NCBI RefSeq assembly: GCF_000143415.4
Contig: NW_003314298.1
Coordinates: 62,001 to 126,000 of the forward strand
Reading direction: 5' to 3'
DNA from: Selaginella moellendorffii
Lineage: Eukaryota > Plantae > Lycopodiophyta
DNA length: 64,000 bases
Shown here piece after piece: positions 48,549 through 62,206 of this stretch. The notes under the pieces are model-generated. The model worked only from the letters and a program-made list of their open reading frames with translations, was not told where the DNA came from and did no database searches. The translations under genes and the position numbers were made by a program. Every line of letters begins with the position of its first letter. Position 1 is the stretch's first letter.

Positions 48549-49850
48549 CCGAGATGGAGTCTGAGATGGAGTCCAAGATGGACCAAGACAGAGTCCGAGA
48601 TTGAGTTCAAGATGGACTCGAGATGGAGTCCAAGAAGGACCCGAGATGGAGTCCAAGGTCAAGACCGAGACCGGGACTGAGACCGAGACCGGGACCGAGA
48701 CCGAGACTGAGACCGAGACCGGGACGGAGACCAAGACCGAGGCCGAGGCCGAGACTGAGCCCGAGTCCGAGTCCGAGTCCGAGTTTGAGTCTGAGTCCAA
48801 GTCCGAGTCCGAGTCCGAGTCCGAGTTCGAGTCCAAGTCCGAGTCTGAGTCTGAGAGGGTGAAAGCCCAAAGCGTTCATCTCCCAGACTCTGGGGGGTTT
48901 GGTGAGCTCCAAAAGTATAGTAAGGGGGAGGACTGCAGTGGAGCCAGTTTGGCTAGGAAAGGCCAGTTTGGCCCAGGAAGGCTGTACCCAGTGTTGGGTG
49001 ATGAACTGCCCACTAGGAAGTCCAAGACTAGAGTAAACACAGACCGACAAGCGGGGTAGCTTGGTGAAGTGTTCAAGAGTCGGCTTTAGTTCCCCCGGGA
49101 GATTGACTGGCCGATGCTCCCAGTCCAAGTATGGGTGGCACTACCTACTTGGATACCAAGCGTGGCTCAACAGAACCTCGCTCTAAGCCCATGGCTAGAG
49201 CACCCAAGGGCGGAAGGCATGGAGAGTACCCAGGTGGCTTGCGTAAGGCCACAGTGTTCCGAAATGTTGCCCCAAAGTCCTAGACTGTGGAAAGGAAGAG
49301 GAGTAGACCTCTAGCACAGTGACTAAGGACATATTCACATGGTGAGGAAGTCCTAGAGGGCATTGGGACTTAGTGGTCGGGCCTGTGGGCCTTGACCCAG
49401 TGGCAGTGTTGGTGAACATGGCTATGAGTAGGACGGGTCTTGGTTGCGACTGAAAGAGGGATATTGGGGAAGGCTGTTCTCCTTGTCAGTGGGCATCCGA
49501 AGGATGCTAAGGAGTGGATCTGTGATGACCACTCATGGATGGTTGGCCCAGTCTTGGAGAGGCAGGACTATGATGCAACTGGTATTGGACCACCAATGCA
49601 GCAAAGGTGTTTGGGCATGGCCTTAGCGTAACAGGCTGTTATGTTGGTGGTACCTTTGAGTGTCGGTCATGGGATCGGACATGTGGAGCACTTGGACCAA
49701 GTGCAAAGGTGGAGTGGCGGGGATGTCATTCTCAGGGCTAGTGAGCCCATGTCCGAAATAGAACTTATGGAGGTTGTGAGTGAGACTCCTCCAAGTGGTC
49801 GAAAGTGGGGTTAAGTGGCTAAAGTAGAATGGAAAATTTTGTGGCTTACA

Positions 49851-51960
49851 AGGTCCTCAATCCTTGGCAAAGGGTACTTATTCTTCTTTGTATACTTGTT
49901 GAGCATAGATCCATCTTTCTTTTTCACAAATAACACCGGCGCCCTATACGGCGACTTGCTCAACCTAACATACCCTTTGTCCACTAACTCCTCTATTTCA
50001 CACTTGAGCTCCTTGAGTTCTTTTTCGTTCAAACGATAGGGGGGACGAACCACCGCCTCAGCACCCTCGACCAACTCAATCTTATGTTCTATCGGTCGTG
50101 TGGGGGGCAACCCCGCCGGTAAGTCCTCCGACATGGTATCCTGGAATTGTTCCAACACCCGCTGGATCACTAAAGGTACTTCTTTCGTTTCTGTCTTTTT
50201 GTCACTCTTCACTGAGAGTAAGCACAAAAATGCTACCTTAGTTCCTTTAGTGAGTTGTGCTCTCGTGGACACCAGGTTTAAGCAGGAATCTTTGGCCTTG
50301 CTTTGCCCTACCTTTAGATCCTAGGCCTCCACCCTACATCTTTTTCCTTGGGCATTTGCTAGTACCACAATGTTCCTACCTTGTCCATGCAGGGCTACCA
50401 CAAACCAATTGAACCAATCCATCCCGAAGATCACGTCAAATCCCACCATGTCCAACACGGTGAAATCCATGTCCACTTTCCAAGTCCCTACTTCGACTCT
50501 CACTTGTCGAAGTACCTCATCAATGCTTTGGCTATCTTGAACAAACTCTATAGTCCTTGGTTTGCCTAGCCGCTGCACTGTTAGTCCGGCTTGCCAGACT
50601 ATGTCTGCAGCCACAAAATTATCCGAAGCACCCGTGTCAATAAGGATCTTAACAAAGCTACCTTTGAGCTTCCCTCGAAGGGCTAGTAGATGTCGCGAAC
50701 GACTCTCTACCAAAGTTGCTCGTGTAATGAGTAACTTTGAGCTAGGGATTGGATCACATACCTCAGTTTGGACTTCACCCGAGTTAATGGCCATATTAGC
50801 TCTGGCCTTCTTCGGATAGGGACATTCCCTTGAAAAGTTTCCCGCTTCACCGTAGTTGTAGCATACGATGTTTCCCACACTGCTAAACGACTTGACCTTC
50901 TTATCCGTGGGTTTGTCTCTTTTTGCTTGACTCCCCCACGTACTTGCTCGCTGGCCACCGGATTTACCTTTCCGGAACCCCAAGGACTCATTCTTAGAGA
51001 AACTCTTCTTGAATTTCCCTTTGCTATATGTTCCCCTTGGTTTGGCCCCTTTGCTAAATGTGGACCCTGGCGCTGTCGTGTTCCTCTTTCACAAGCTATC
51101 GTTGAAATGTACCTTGATAGCCACATCCAATGCTTCTTTGTAATTGGTCGGGTTCCAACGCATCACCTCGCCACGAGCCCAGGTTTGCAAGCCCGATATA
51201 AAGGCATGGAACGCATTCATATCCCCATGTCCGTGACAAGTATCCTCTTTGCCATAAACCCATTCACATACTCCTAAATGGTTCCGGTCTGCTTCAGCCT
51301 ACTCAACTCGTCTCTTAGATGTAGAGTAGCATTTGGAGGATTGTAAATCGCGCAGATCCTCGCCTTCATCATGTCCCAAGTGGCCACCGATCCTTCTTTG
51401 GCCTCCGTCGTTCTCCACCAAGACTTGGCATTATCTGCGAAGTATGGTTTTGCATATGGGATCTTCTCCGAGCTCGGTAACTGCAACGCTCGGAAGTAGT
51501 CTTTCATATCATAAAACCAATCCTCCACCACCTTATAGTCATTCACTCCTTTGAAGACCGGTGGGGGCTTTGGTTTGTACTTGGGAACTGCTTAAGGGAC
51601 TAATTCCACTTTGGTCTATTTAACCTTATTTGGTTCTACCTCAGTCCCTACCGGATGGTCCGCACCTTCTGCGCTGCCAGCATCCATAGTCTTTTTCTTT
51701 TTCTTCCATTTCTTGTCACGCTTTAGCTTGCATACGAGAGTCTCTAGCAGGGCATTGGTTTATGCCAATTGTCCTTCTAGAACGTCCAATCGAGCCTTGG
51801 ACGACTGCACCTCACCACCAGACTCCTGTTTGGAAGTTTCCTCACTGGAGTCCTCCTCATGCAAGGATTTCTCATCCATAGCCTCTTGTTCGACTGGAGG
51901 CTCCAGCTTTAGAGGAGGTTCCATCTTCGCCTTGGTTCATTTCCGCCCTACCTTTGCCAT
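49851..51960 (-). pseudogene. Element A gag, zinc knuckle, aspartic protease and RT N-terminus (stops)
   Basis: Gag VEDWFYDMKDYF...AKSWWR...LKQTG, degenerate knuckle CYNYGEAGNFSREC, protease LIDTGASDNF, RT start RPPYRL...[18 protein letters not shown]. Confidence 0.9.
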
Positions 51961-52120
51961 CTCCTAGCAATCCGCCTCTATCCTTTGCTAGAACTGAGGA
52001 AAAGGCTCCGATACCAAATTGTAAGCCACAAATTTTTCCTTTCCAATTTGCCAGCTTACCTCGTCTATCCGTCCAACACTGCCTTGAATTTTGCTAAGTT
52101 CCCTCGCCAAGGTTCCCACC

Positions 52121-55100
52121 TGTAGCGCACCTTATCTCTCTCCCCTTAAGCCAACTGGAAAAGGGGCAATTGCTTGATAAGAGAGCCCTTAGTGGCTATT
52201 TTATCCCCATTTATTCCCCAAGGTTCCAAGGATCCACGGTGACAGTATATTCAAATCTCATCCCATGATCACATGCGCTACACTCACCCCCCCTTCAGAG
52301 ATGTCAATGTCCTCATTGACTATTGACTAATAACCCCTACTGAGCCAAGGGGGAACTAGCACCTCCATTTCCGCAATGAATCTACCAATCCTTCCATTGT
52401 GTAGACTAACTATTCCATGTGAGGCAACTAGTCATCCACCCGTACTGCAATCCCATGGTGGATACCTTCGTCCGTGGATACTCCACACAAGAGGAAGGAC
52501 GTACGCATAGATGCCCAATACGTACGATTTCAAATTTTAGGGGTAGGAATATACCTTGCTCAAGGGTATATTATATTTTTAAGTAGCCACTAATCTGTAA
52601 GCGACTAATTTTTCCATTCTACTTTAGTCACTTAACCACACCTCCGACCACTTGGAGGAGTCTCATTCACAACCTCCATAAGTCCCATTCAGGACTTGGG
52701 GCTTGCTACCCCCGAGAATGGCATCCATGCCACTCAACCTTTGCACTTGGTCCAAGTGCTCCACGTGTCCAATCCCATGACCGACACCCAAAGGTACCAC
52801 TGACATCTCGGCCCGTTACACTAAGGCCATGCCCATTCACCTTTGCTGCACTAGTGGTCCAATACCACTTGCATCACCATCCCGTCTCTCCAAGACTGGG
52901 CCATCTGTCCACGAGGAGTCATCCTAAATCCACTCCTTAGCAGCCTTAGGATGCCCACAGACCTGGGGAGTCGCCTTCCCCAAAGTCCCTTTGTCAGTTC
53001 CTACCAAGTCCCTTTCTGCCCCTGGCCGTGTTTGACAACACTGCCACTGGATCGAGGCCCACAGGCCCGACCACTAAGTCCCACGGTCCTCTGGGACTTC
53101 CTCACCACACGGCTGTGTCCTTGGTCACTACCCCAGAGGACTGCTCCTCTTCCTTTCCACAGTCTGGGCCTTTGGGACGACATTTCGGAACACCGTGGCC
53201 TTACGCGAGCCACCTGGGTACTCTCCCCACTTATCGCCTTTAGGTGCTCTAGCCATGGGCTTAGAGCGAGGTTCCGTTGAGCCACGCCTGGTATCCAAGT
53301 AGGTAGTGCCACCCACACTTGGACTGGGAGCATCGGCCAGTCGATCTCCCGGGGGAACTAGAGCCGGCTCTTGAACACTTCACCAAGCTACCCCACTTGT
53401 CGGTCCGTATTCACTCTAGTCTTGGACTTCCCAGTGGTCAGTTCATCACCCAACACTGGGTCTGGCCTTCCTGGACCAAACTGGCCTTTCCTGGCCAAAC
53501 TGGCTCCACTGCAGTCCTCCCCCTTACTATACTTTTGGAGCTCACCAAACCCCAGGGTCTGGGAGACGAACGCTTTGGGCTTTCACCCTCTCAGACTCGA
53601 ACTCGGACTCGGACTCGGACTCGGACTCGGACTCGGACTCTGACTCGGGCTCGGGCTCGGTCTCAACCTTGGCCTCGGTCTTGGTCTCGGTCCCGGTCTC
53701 GGTCTCGGTCTCGGTCTCGGTCCCGGTCTCGGTCCCGGTCTCGATCTCGGTCCCGGTCTTGGTCTCGACCTCGGACTCCATCTCGGGTCCTTCTCGGACT
53801 CCATCTTGGACTCCATCTCGGACTCCGTCTCGGTCCATCTCGGACTCCATCTCGGACTCCGTCTCGGTCCATCTTGGACTCCATCTCAGACTCCGTCTCG
53901 GTCCATCTCGGACTCCACCTCGGGTCCACCTCGGACTCCATCTCGGACTCCATCTCGGACTCCGTCTCGGTCCATCTCGGACTCCATCTCGGACTCCGTC
54001 TCGGTCCATCTCAGGCTCCACCTTGGGTCCACCTCGGACTCCATCTCAGTCCACCTCGGACTTCATCTCGGACTCCATCTCGGGTCCATCTCAGACTCTA
54101 TCTCAGTTCCATCTCGGACTCCACTTTGGGTCCATCTCGGACACTTCCACGTGTCATGCGTTGGTCCTTTTTGGGTCCCTTTTTGGAGCCTTGCTTATTG
54201 TTCGCTTCGTGCTCGCTCCTTGAGCACTTTGTTGGGAGTTCCACTCCCGCTCTTGACCTCTCAAGTCGGAGCTTTTAGTCCAAACATGCTACGCTTGTTT
54301 GGCTTTCGCTTCGGCCACTACCACGTGGCACCCTTCCGGCTCCACTTTGGGGCCTAGGGATTTTGTGTCTCACAACTCCACCACCCATAGACGAAGTTCG
54401 ATGTCCTCATCGAACGGTAAACCATTTTATAAAGTAACACCCACATGTGTTACCATTTCCATCCTTGGCCCCTAGTCAATATTTGTCAATGGTTTGACAT
54501 TGAAGGCTCACCATGCCTTCTCCATATTCGTCAATAGTTCGACACCAAAGGCTCACCATGCCTTGCCCATCCTTTAAGGAGGATAGTCTCTCCAACTTAG
54601 AGGCTCACTTGACCACCTGGGGTGGTTTGCTCCTTTTTATTGGTTCAATTCTCGCTAAACTTGTTAGAGACACCCTCTCTAACTCAATTCCACTACTCAT
54701 TCTTGAGTAGTCACAGATTCCATTGATCTACCTTTGCACTTTGGAACGTTTACTCTTGACTTTTTGGAGTCAATTTCCTAGGTGTCTCCGACACCTTGCC
54801 TTGCACATTTTGTGCAACTCCACTTCCCTATCCTAGGAAGTTCTTTACTTGAGGGCACCATCATCCTCTTTTCTGTTTTGTGCCGCCCTTGGCACTACGT
54901 TCCATTTATCATTATTTGTGCTAGGGCTGTCCATGGCCCTATCTTTTGGCTACTTAGTTGCTCCCTCACTTGGAGCCTTTCCTTTGCCAAATTGGAGCAC
55001 TTGGGAATCCATCCTTGGAAGTCCACTTCTTTTTTCCGCAATCCGTTAGCATCAAACACATTAGTGTTCCTTGGCTAACTTTGCCACTTGGATTCTTTCC

Positions 55101-58100
55101 AATGGATTCCACAGCCCTATCTTGGGCACTCGTCTTTTGCTCCTATCCTTAGGTTGTTGCACCAAGCAACATAGGATCATTACCTCCCTCCTTGAGGTAT
55201 TCTTTTGGTTCCATAGCAAAGGATCTGCTTTGCCCAGACTAGGGTGTTCACCCCTAGTAAGTCTCCCCACTGTTCTAGGATCTCTTCCTAGCCCAACCTT
55301 GTGACCCACCCATGGGCCTATCTCTGGAGACTATTTTCTTGAACTCATAATACCATTGTATTGTAGTAGTTCATTTCCCTTAGGTGTCCTTCCCACTTAG
55401 TCACCTTGACCAAGCCACACCTTTATCAATAGTTCAAATCAACACTTTGAACTAAGAATCATATTCCTTAACCCAAACAAAGACCTTGTCCTTGTTTAGC
55501 CACAAGATCACTTAGTGATCTCATTTTGACCCCTTAATAGGTCTACCAATAGGGACTAAGTCTTCCGGACCCTTCTAAGTTGTTGACTATGACCCCGGGG
55601 GCATCCCCCACGCTTGGCGGTGTGCCCAAGCCAGCCCTTCCGGCCAAGGATCCATAGCAACTGAGACTGGGTGTCCCCATCTCATTCACCACGTCCTTAG
55701 TGCCCTTTGCACCAAAGTGTTCAAGTTAGATATGCCGAGCTTTCACTCTAAGCAATCTAACCGTGCATCACGACTCTGAGGCATCCCTCGCTTGGCGGTG
55801 TGCCCAAACCAGTCTCCTCACTGAGAGTCCATGACCACCGAAATATGAGTGTCCTCATATTCCAAACCATCACCACGCCCTAGTGATTTGGGACTCGAAC
55901 CCAAGCACTAGAGGGTCGGGACTCGAACCCAACCTCCGTATATGCATCTACGGACGGCATCACCCAGGATGCCTGGCGTGACTCCCCACGCCGGTGCACC
56001 AACTTATACTCAAAGCGCGCTACAGATCACAGCTTAGGAACCTAGTTCCTCCACACTGCCAAGTCCTCACACTTGACAAGTCTGTGATCATGCATGGACT
56101 CCTCCATGCTTGGCCTCATGGCCCACCCCTTTTGAAGTTATCACCTTCAACTAGGGTATTTGTTCCCCTGACTTGCCAATCTCACTTTGGCAAGCCCTCC
56201 GACCACTGTAACATGGTTCCTGCACAAGCGTGAAAGCCCTTGATCATCGACTTTCATTCAAAGCCCTCTCTTTGAACACTCGGGAACTACTTCCCTAACC
56301 TTGATAGCCTTGCCTCATGGCAAGCTTCAAGACCACGCTTCTGCTGTGCCACTCTGATTTCGCGCGTTCCATGAACCATTTACACTTGGCCTTTCTAGGT
56401 ACTAAGCTACCTAGAATCGTCTTTGGAAACCTTGAAGGAACTCTGTCCCTTACCTTGCTAAGGCCTCCCTTTTTGCAAGCTTTCCAATTACCATATAGTC
56501 TAACATGGACAATTCCATATTTTAGACTCTCCATGGCATCACGGTTGCTAACGGCAACACCCTCAAGCCCCCACTTGATTCTCCACTCCCAGCTGGCATA
56601 ACCAACCTTGGTTATGCCCTTCGATTCCTATGGTTCGGTTCTACCCCCTTACTTCTTGCTTTTGGCTTCACACATTTCCTTTGGTCATTCTCCTCCAGAC
56701 CAGGAGGATAGCTTTGCACTTTCTATCATTCCTTAGCAAGTATTCTTAGGGATGAACCTACCCGATAGCCTAGGGAGTGGTTCCTCAATCCAGGTATGCT
56801 CACCCTATAATCCCACACACCAAGATTACGTTGTTGCTTATGGGCCTTTACATGCCTATTGCTAGCCTTGCCAAAATTCCATTTTTGGCTTTGTCCAATT
56901 CGAGTAGACAGTCTTCTTCTGTCTCCGCCACCTTGGGCATTTGGATAGCACCTTCTATCCATCATTTGCTAGGGACTTAGTCCCTTGGGCCTTATCTATT
57001 GCCCTCGCGGCATCAAACACCACCTCCTAGTGTTCTAGAGTGTTCGGGTGTCCCAATGATGGCTTCCTTGACAATGAGTATTTCCTTTCATGACATTGAC
57101 TTACTATATCGCAACATAAGCAACTTATCCCCCGTAAGGGTATATTCAACTTCCTTATGCCATTAAGAAGGCTTGGGTAGCTACTTTCTACCCGTTTAAC
57201 CAATTATTTTGCACCTCTTGCTTAGTTGCCTCATAGTTGTCAAGTCCTACAACTCATTGCTGGTGCTTCCACACCTCCATCATTATCTGGGTCACCACAC
57301 TCCAATTGCATGCTCTGCAACTTAGGCTATGCCATTCCCATTTCCATTGGGATTCCTTTGGCAGGGGGTTCTCATGAACTCACCAACATAGCCTCAAGGT
57401 ATCACACCTTGGCACATTTGGTGTCTCCACACCATCAGCTCCACGAGCCTACCTCTATGACACTTCTTCTTTGTGTCTAAGTCTTTGCCAAGACCAATAC
57501 CACTCTTTCTCATGCCAACCATCCGTTAGCACTGCACCATAGAGGTCACACACAACTTTGTTTCAAAGTTGTTTTCTTTTGGGAACACCCTTCCCACGAC
57601 TTTAGCATGGCACATTTTGCCATCGATGAGATACCCTTTGTTCTCATCCTTGGATCCTATGATCCCCCCCATCCTTTGTGGGGTACCACACACCTCAGTC
57701 CAAATGCTTCCATCAATCCTTTAGGATTATTCCTTGACTCTATTGGAGTCATCCAGCTTTTTGGACTTTGTCATCTGACGACCCATGAGGTCCTACCTTT
57801 GAGGTGCCAGCTCACTTGAATACAACTTCTTGTATTCAGGTCCTACTCACAAGGACCATCTTTGCAAGTGTTACTCCGACACTTGATTTGTTCTCTTGGG
57901 GCAACCTTTTGCCTCTTAGGACCACTTGTCCATGTGATGAGAATACCAACTCATCCTCTAAGTACATCCCCAACTCTTTGGGTTGTTCTAGCATTTATCA
58001 AGGGTAACCTCAGCTACCATTTCGAGGACTTGTGTCCTCTCCTATATTTGACCTCCCATGGTCATCAATTCCGGTCTCAAAGTTATGAGCACCGGCCTCA

Positions 58101-60139
58101 ACTATATGAGGGTAATCTTGTGACTCCTTTATTATTTTGGAGTTTACATCTTTCCTGTGATCCCAATTATAGTTGTTTACCACAACTACGTTAGCCCGTT
58201 TGCTGCATCAAATGCTCATCTGGATCACATCCTCAGCTCTCTGAGGAAACCTTATACTGTTCCCAAGATCCCAAAGTCGTTCCCTTACTGGCCCCTTTTC
58301 TATCCACCACATCGCGCCCAAGTTCATGCATGAACTCGAGTGGAGAGCCATGTCCTCTCGACATGCTACTCCTCAAGGATAGGCCCCCTCCTAGGACCTT
58401 CCAATGCCAACATTAATGGTGATATACTTGAGCACCAATAAAAGTCGGACTAAGGAACAGCTCCGATACCAAGTTGTAAGTGACTAACTTTTCCATTCTA
58501 CTTTAGTCACTTAACCACACCTCCGACCACTTGGAGGAGTCTCATTCACAACCTCCATAAGTCCCATTCAGGACTTGGGGCTTGCTAGCCCCGAGAATGG
58601 CATCCATGCCACTCAACCTTTGCACTTGGTCCAAGTGCTCCACGTGTCCAATCCCATGACCGACACCCAAAGGTACCACTGACATCTCGGCCCGTTACAC
58701 TAAGGCCATGCCCATTCACCTTTGCTGCACTAGTGGTCCAATACCACTTGCATCACCATCCCGTCTCTCCAAGACTGGGCCATCTGTCCACGAGGAGTCA
58801 TCCTAGATCCACTCCTTAGCAGCCTTAGGATGCCCATAGACCTGGGGAGTCGCCTTCCCCAAAGTCCCTTTGTCAGTTCCTACCAAGTCCCTTTCTGCCC
58901 CTGGCCGTGTTTGACAACACTGCCACTGGATCGAGGCCCACAGGCCCGACCACTAAGTCCCACGGTCCTCTGGGACTTCCTCACCACACGGCTGTGTCCT
59001 TGGTCACTACCCCAGAGGACTGCTCCTCTTCCTTTCCACAGTCTGGGCCTTTGGGACGACATTTCGGAACACCGTGGCCTTACGCGAGCCACCTGGGTAC
59101 TCTCCCCACTTATCGCCTTTAGGTGCTCTAGCCATGGGCTTAGAGCGAGGTTCCGTTGAGCCACGCCTGGTATCCAAGTAAGTAGTGCCACCCACACTTG
59201 GACTGGGAGCATCGGCCAGTCGATCTCCCGGGGGAACTAGAGCCGGCTCTTGAACACTTCACCAAGCTACCCCGCTTGTCGGTCCGTATTCACTCTAGTC
59301 TTGGACTTCCCAATGGTCAGTTCATCACCCAACACTGGGTCTGGCCTTCCTGGGCCAAACTGGCCTTTCCTGGCCAAACTGGCTCTACTGCAGTCCTCCC
59401 CCACTCAGACTCGGGCTCGGGCTTGGTCTTAGCCTTGGCCACGGTCTTAGCCTTGGCCTCGGTCTTGGTCCCGGTCCCGGTCCCGGTCTCGGTCTCGGTC
59501 TTGGTCTCGGTCTCAGTCTCGGTCCTGGTCTCGGTCTCGGTCTCGGTCTCGGTCCCGGTCTCGGTCCCGGTCTCGATCTCGGTCTCGGTCCCGGTCTCGA
59601 TCTCGGTCCCGGTCTTGGTCTCGACCTCGGACTCCATCTCGGGTCCATCTCGGACTCCATCTCGGGTCCATCTTGGACTCCACTTCGGGTCCATCTCGGA
59701 CACTTCCACGTGTCATGCGTTGGTCCTTTTTGGGTCCCTTTTTGGAGCCTTGCTTATTGTTCACTTCGTGCTCGCTCCTTGAGCACTTTGTTGGGAGTTC
59801 CACTCCCGCTCTTGACCTCTCAAGTCGGAGCTTTTAGTCCAAACGTGCTATGCTTGTTTGGCTTTCGCTTCGGCCACTACCACGTGGCACCCTTCTGGCT
59901 CCACTTTGGGGCCTAGGGATTTTGTGTCTCACATAATCAATCGGAATCGAACCCGTGCCATTTGCTCCGATACCAACTATAGCGCACCTTATCTCTCTCC
60001 CTTTAAGCCAACTGGAAAAGGGGCAATTGCTTGATGAGAGAGCCCTTAGTGGCTATTTTATCCCCATTTATTCCCCAAGGTTCCAAGGATCCATGGTAGC
60101 AGTATATCCAAATCTCATCCCATAATCACATGCACTACA
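52121..60139 (-). mobile_element. TRIM (162-bp LTRs, ~360-bp non-coding interior) inserted in the 5' LTR of element A
   Basis: LTRs 52121-52282 and 59978-60139, PBS 59964-59975, PPT ~52283-52295, TSD CCACC/CCGCC (one mismatch). Confidence 0.85.
52596..59933 (-). mobile_element. Complete LARD-like element E (family of B and C) inserted in the TRIM
   Basis: TSD TAATC (52591-52595 and 59934-59938), LTRs 52596-54374 and 58475-59933, PBS 58460-58471, PPT after 54374, 4.1-kb non-coding interior. Confidence 0.92.
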
Positions 60140-61750
60140 CCGCCTATGGTACCAGCTCCTACTTGGTCCTACTTGGTTTCAGCGACTCACTGCACGAGCA
60201 ACAGAGCGTTAGCCATCCATCCACGGATTCCCAAATCTCTCCCAATCCCCCTCCCCGGGTTAGACTAGACTTAAGGATCAGCTACACTCCTCGCAGGTAC
60301 AAGCAGCCAAGCACACCAAACCTCTAGGTTCTTAACACCCTTTGGTACCATAAGACTTGATTATGGGACCCTCTAAATCCTAAGTCTTGGGTGCAACACT
60401 TGCTTCGGGACGCCAGGGCAAAACACCATGGCCTAACGGCCCAGTATAGGTACCTCTAACCCCCCCCCCCCCTTCCATCCCGAAGGAAGGCCCAAGCCCC
60501 TAGGAAGGGCGAGGACCAATGAGCTGCATAGTACTCAAGTGGGGCACCACTCCACATGAGCTAGGAGCACCACAGTCGGTTTCCCTTTTGGGAGTGGGAA
60601 CTGCTCTTGAGCACTTCCTGGGGTGGCCCCTCCGGCACCACCCAAGTCCCTGCTCACTCCCACCCAAGGCCCCTCGGCCCCAGTCTCAACCTCAAGTCAG
60701 TTTGGAAGCACCATTGGAGAGTTCCTTCAAGACTAGTTCCTGGACCTCACTATCCCTACTATACTTTTGGAACCCCCTACAGCCCCCCCCCCGGGACACG
60801 CACGCTTTGGGCTTTCACCCCTTGACCTATACTAGTACTCGGACTCGGTCTCGGACTCGATCTCGGACCCGACTTCAGATTCGGTCTCGGACTCGATTTC
60901 GGACTCGGTCTAGGACTCGATTTCGGACTCGATCTCGGACCCGACTTCGGATTCGGTCTTGGACTCGATTTCGAACTCGATCTCGGACCCGATCTTGGAC
61001 TCAACTTCGGACTCGACCTCGGACTCGGTCTTGGACCCGATTTGGATCTCGGACTCTGTCTCGAACTCGGTCTCAAACTCGGTCTCTGATTCGGCCTCGA
61101 ACTCGATCCCGGACTCTATCTCGAACTCGGTCTCAGAGTCGGTCTTAGACTCGATCTTCGACTTGGTGCCATCCGATGAACTCTTTGTCATTTTGGTCAT
61201 ACTTTCGGGGATCCTTTAGCCTACGACACCTTGGCGAGTTGGTTCTGTACATTTTGGTGAAGATGTAATTGGCATTGCATCCTAAATGGTGGTAAGGTGG
61301 TACAATTGTACCATTCAAATCCTGGAAATAGTTGAAAGTGTGTTTTAATCCACATGGCATTAGGGTAAGGATAAAAAATCCACTAGGATATTCCTTTGCA
61401 ATTTAAGGAGACAAAGCACAAATAAAGATTTGCAATCTGATTTTAGGAGATTTGGCTAGGACTAAGAGATATAAAGAGGATGGTAAAGGTTAACCTAGGC
61501 TGAAACATTTAAAAGGGTTTAACAGTGTTTAATAGCGTTCTTACAGAAGTTAGAATGGAGTGTGTTTTCTAGAGAGGTGAGATTTCTTGTGAGGAATCCA
61601 CTCTTTGTCGAGGAGAACAAACTAGATAACTTAAGGGCAAGAAGAGAAAATTCTTTGCCTACCAGCCATGAGAGCAAGTGGGAAGAAGAAGACAAGTGGC
61701 AAGATTTCCAATCTTCACCACCTTCTAGTCCACCACAGCAAGTGCAAGAA

Positions 61751-62206
61751 CCAATTCCAGTGATGGCAACAACCAAGATGAAGTACACTACTTTCAATAG
61801 GAAAGGAGATCCTGAATGCACATGTGACGGCATTTCAAGATACACCCACAGCAAATGATGAAGTGGCAGCAGCGGACCAGTGCAAGCTTTTTCCAACAAC
61901 ACTCTAGGGAGTAGCGACTGAGTGGATGGCACAAGTGCCAGCAGGAACGGATTGGGCAGCACTGCACACATCATTCCTAATCAGGAAAATCCCACAAGCC
62001 AGAAAGCTACTAAAAATTATGTGTGCAATGCTGCCCAATCTGTTTTTGCCAGGACTTGTGTCATCCATTAAGCTGCTACTCCCTGGAAAAAGATTGCAGC
62101 AGTCTACTTCTGCTGCTTCATCATTTGCCATGGATGTATTATCAAATGCCATCACATGTTGGAAGTAGTGTACTTCATCTTGGTTGTCACCATTGTTGGA
62201 ATTGGT
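61751..62206. repeat. Diverged inverted repeat (arms ~61751-61975 and ~62015-62206)
   Basis: acaaccaagatgaagtacactact and gattgggcagcactgcacacat recur as reverse complements around a ~40-nt spacer. Confidence 0.8.

Larger units (their letters stand above)
29956..49850 (+). mobile_element. Non-coding LARD-like LTR element B, inserted in the RT of element A
   Basis: TSD AGGTC (29951-29955 and 49851-49855) splits the RT motif PLPRIEDL|FDRL. 5' LTR 29956-31606, PBS tggtattggagc at 31610, partial 3' LTR 48549-49850. No recognisable intact ORF inside. Confidence 0.88.
25764..61251 (-). mobile_element. Ty3/Gypsy chromovirus LTR retrotransposon (element A), degenerate, host of nested insertions
   Basis: TG...CA termini, TSD TTTTG (25759-25763 and 61252-61256). 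3' LTR 25764-26907; 5' LTR 52020-52120 plus 60145-61251. tRNA-iMet PBS 52005-52016, PPT at ~26908-26920. Domain order gag-PR-RT-RH-INT-chromo. Confidence 0.92.
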
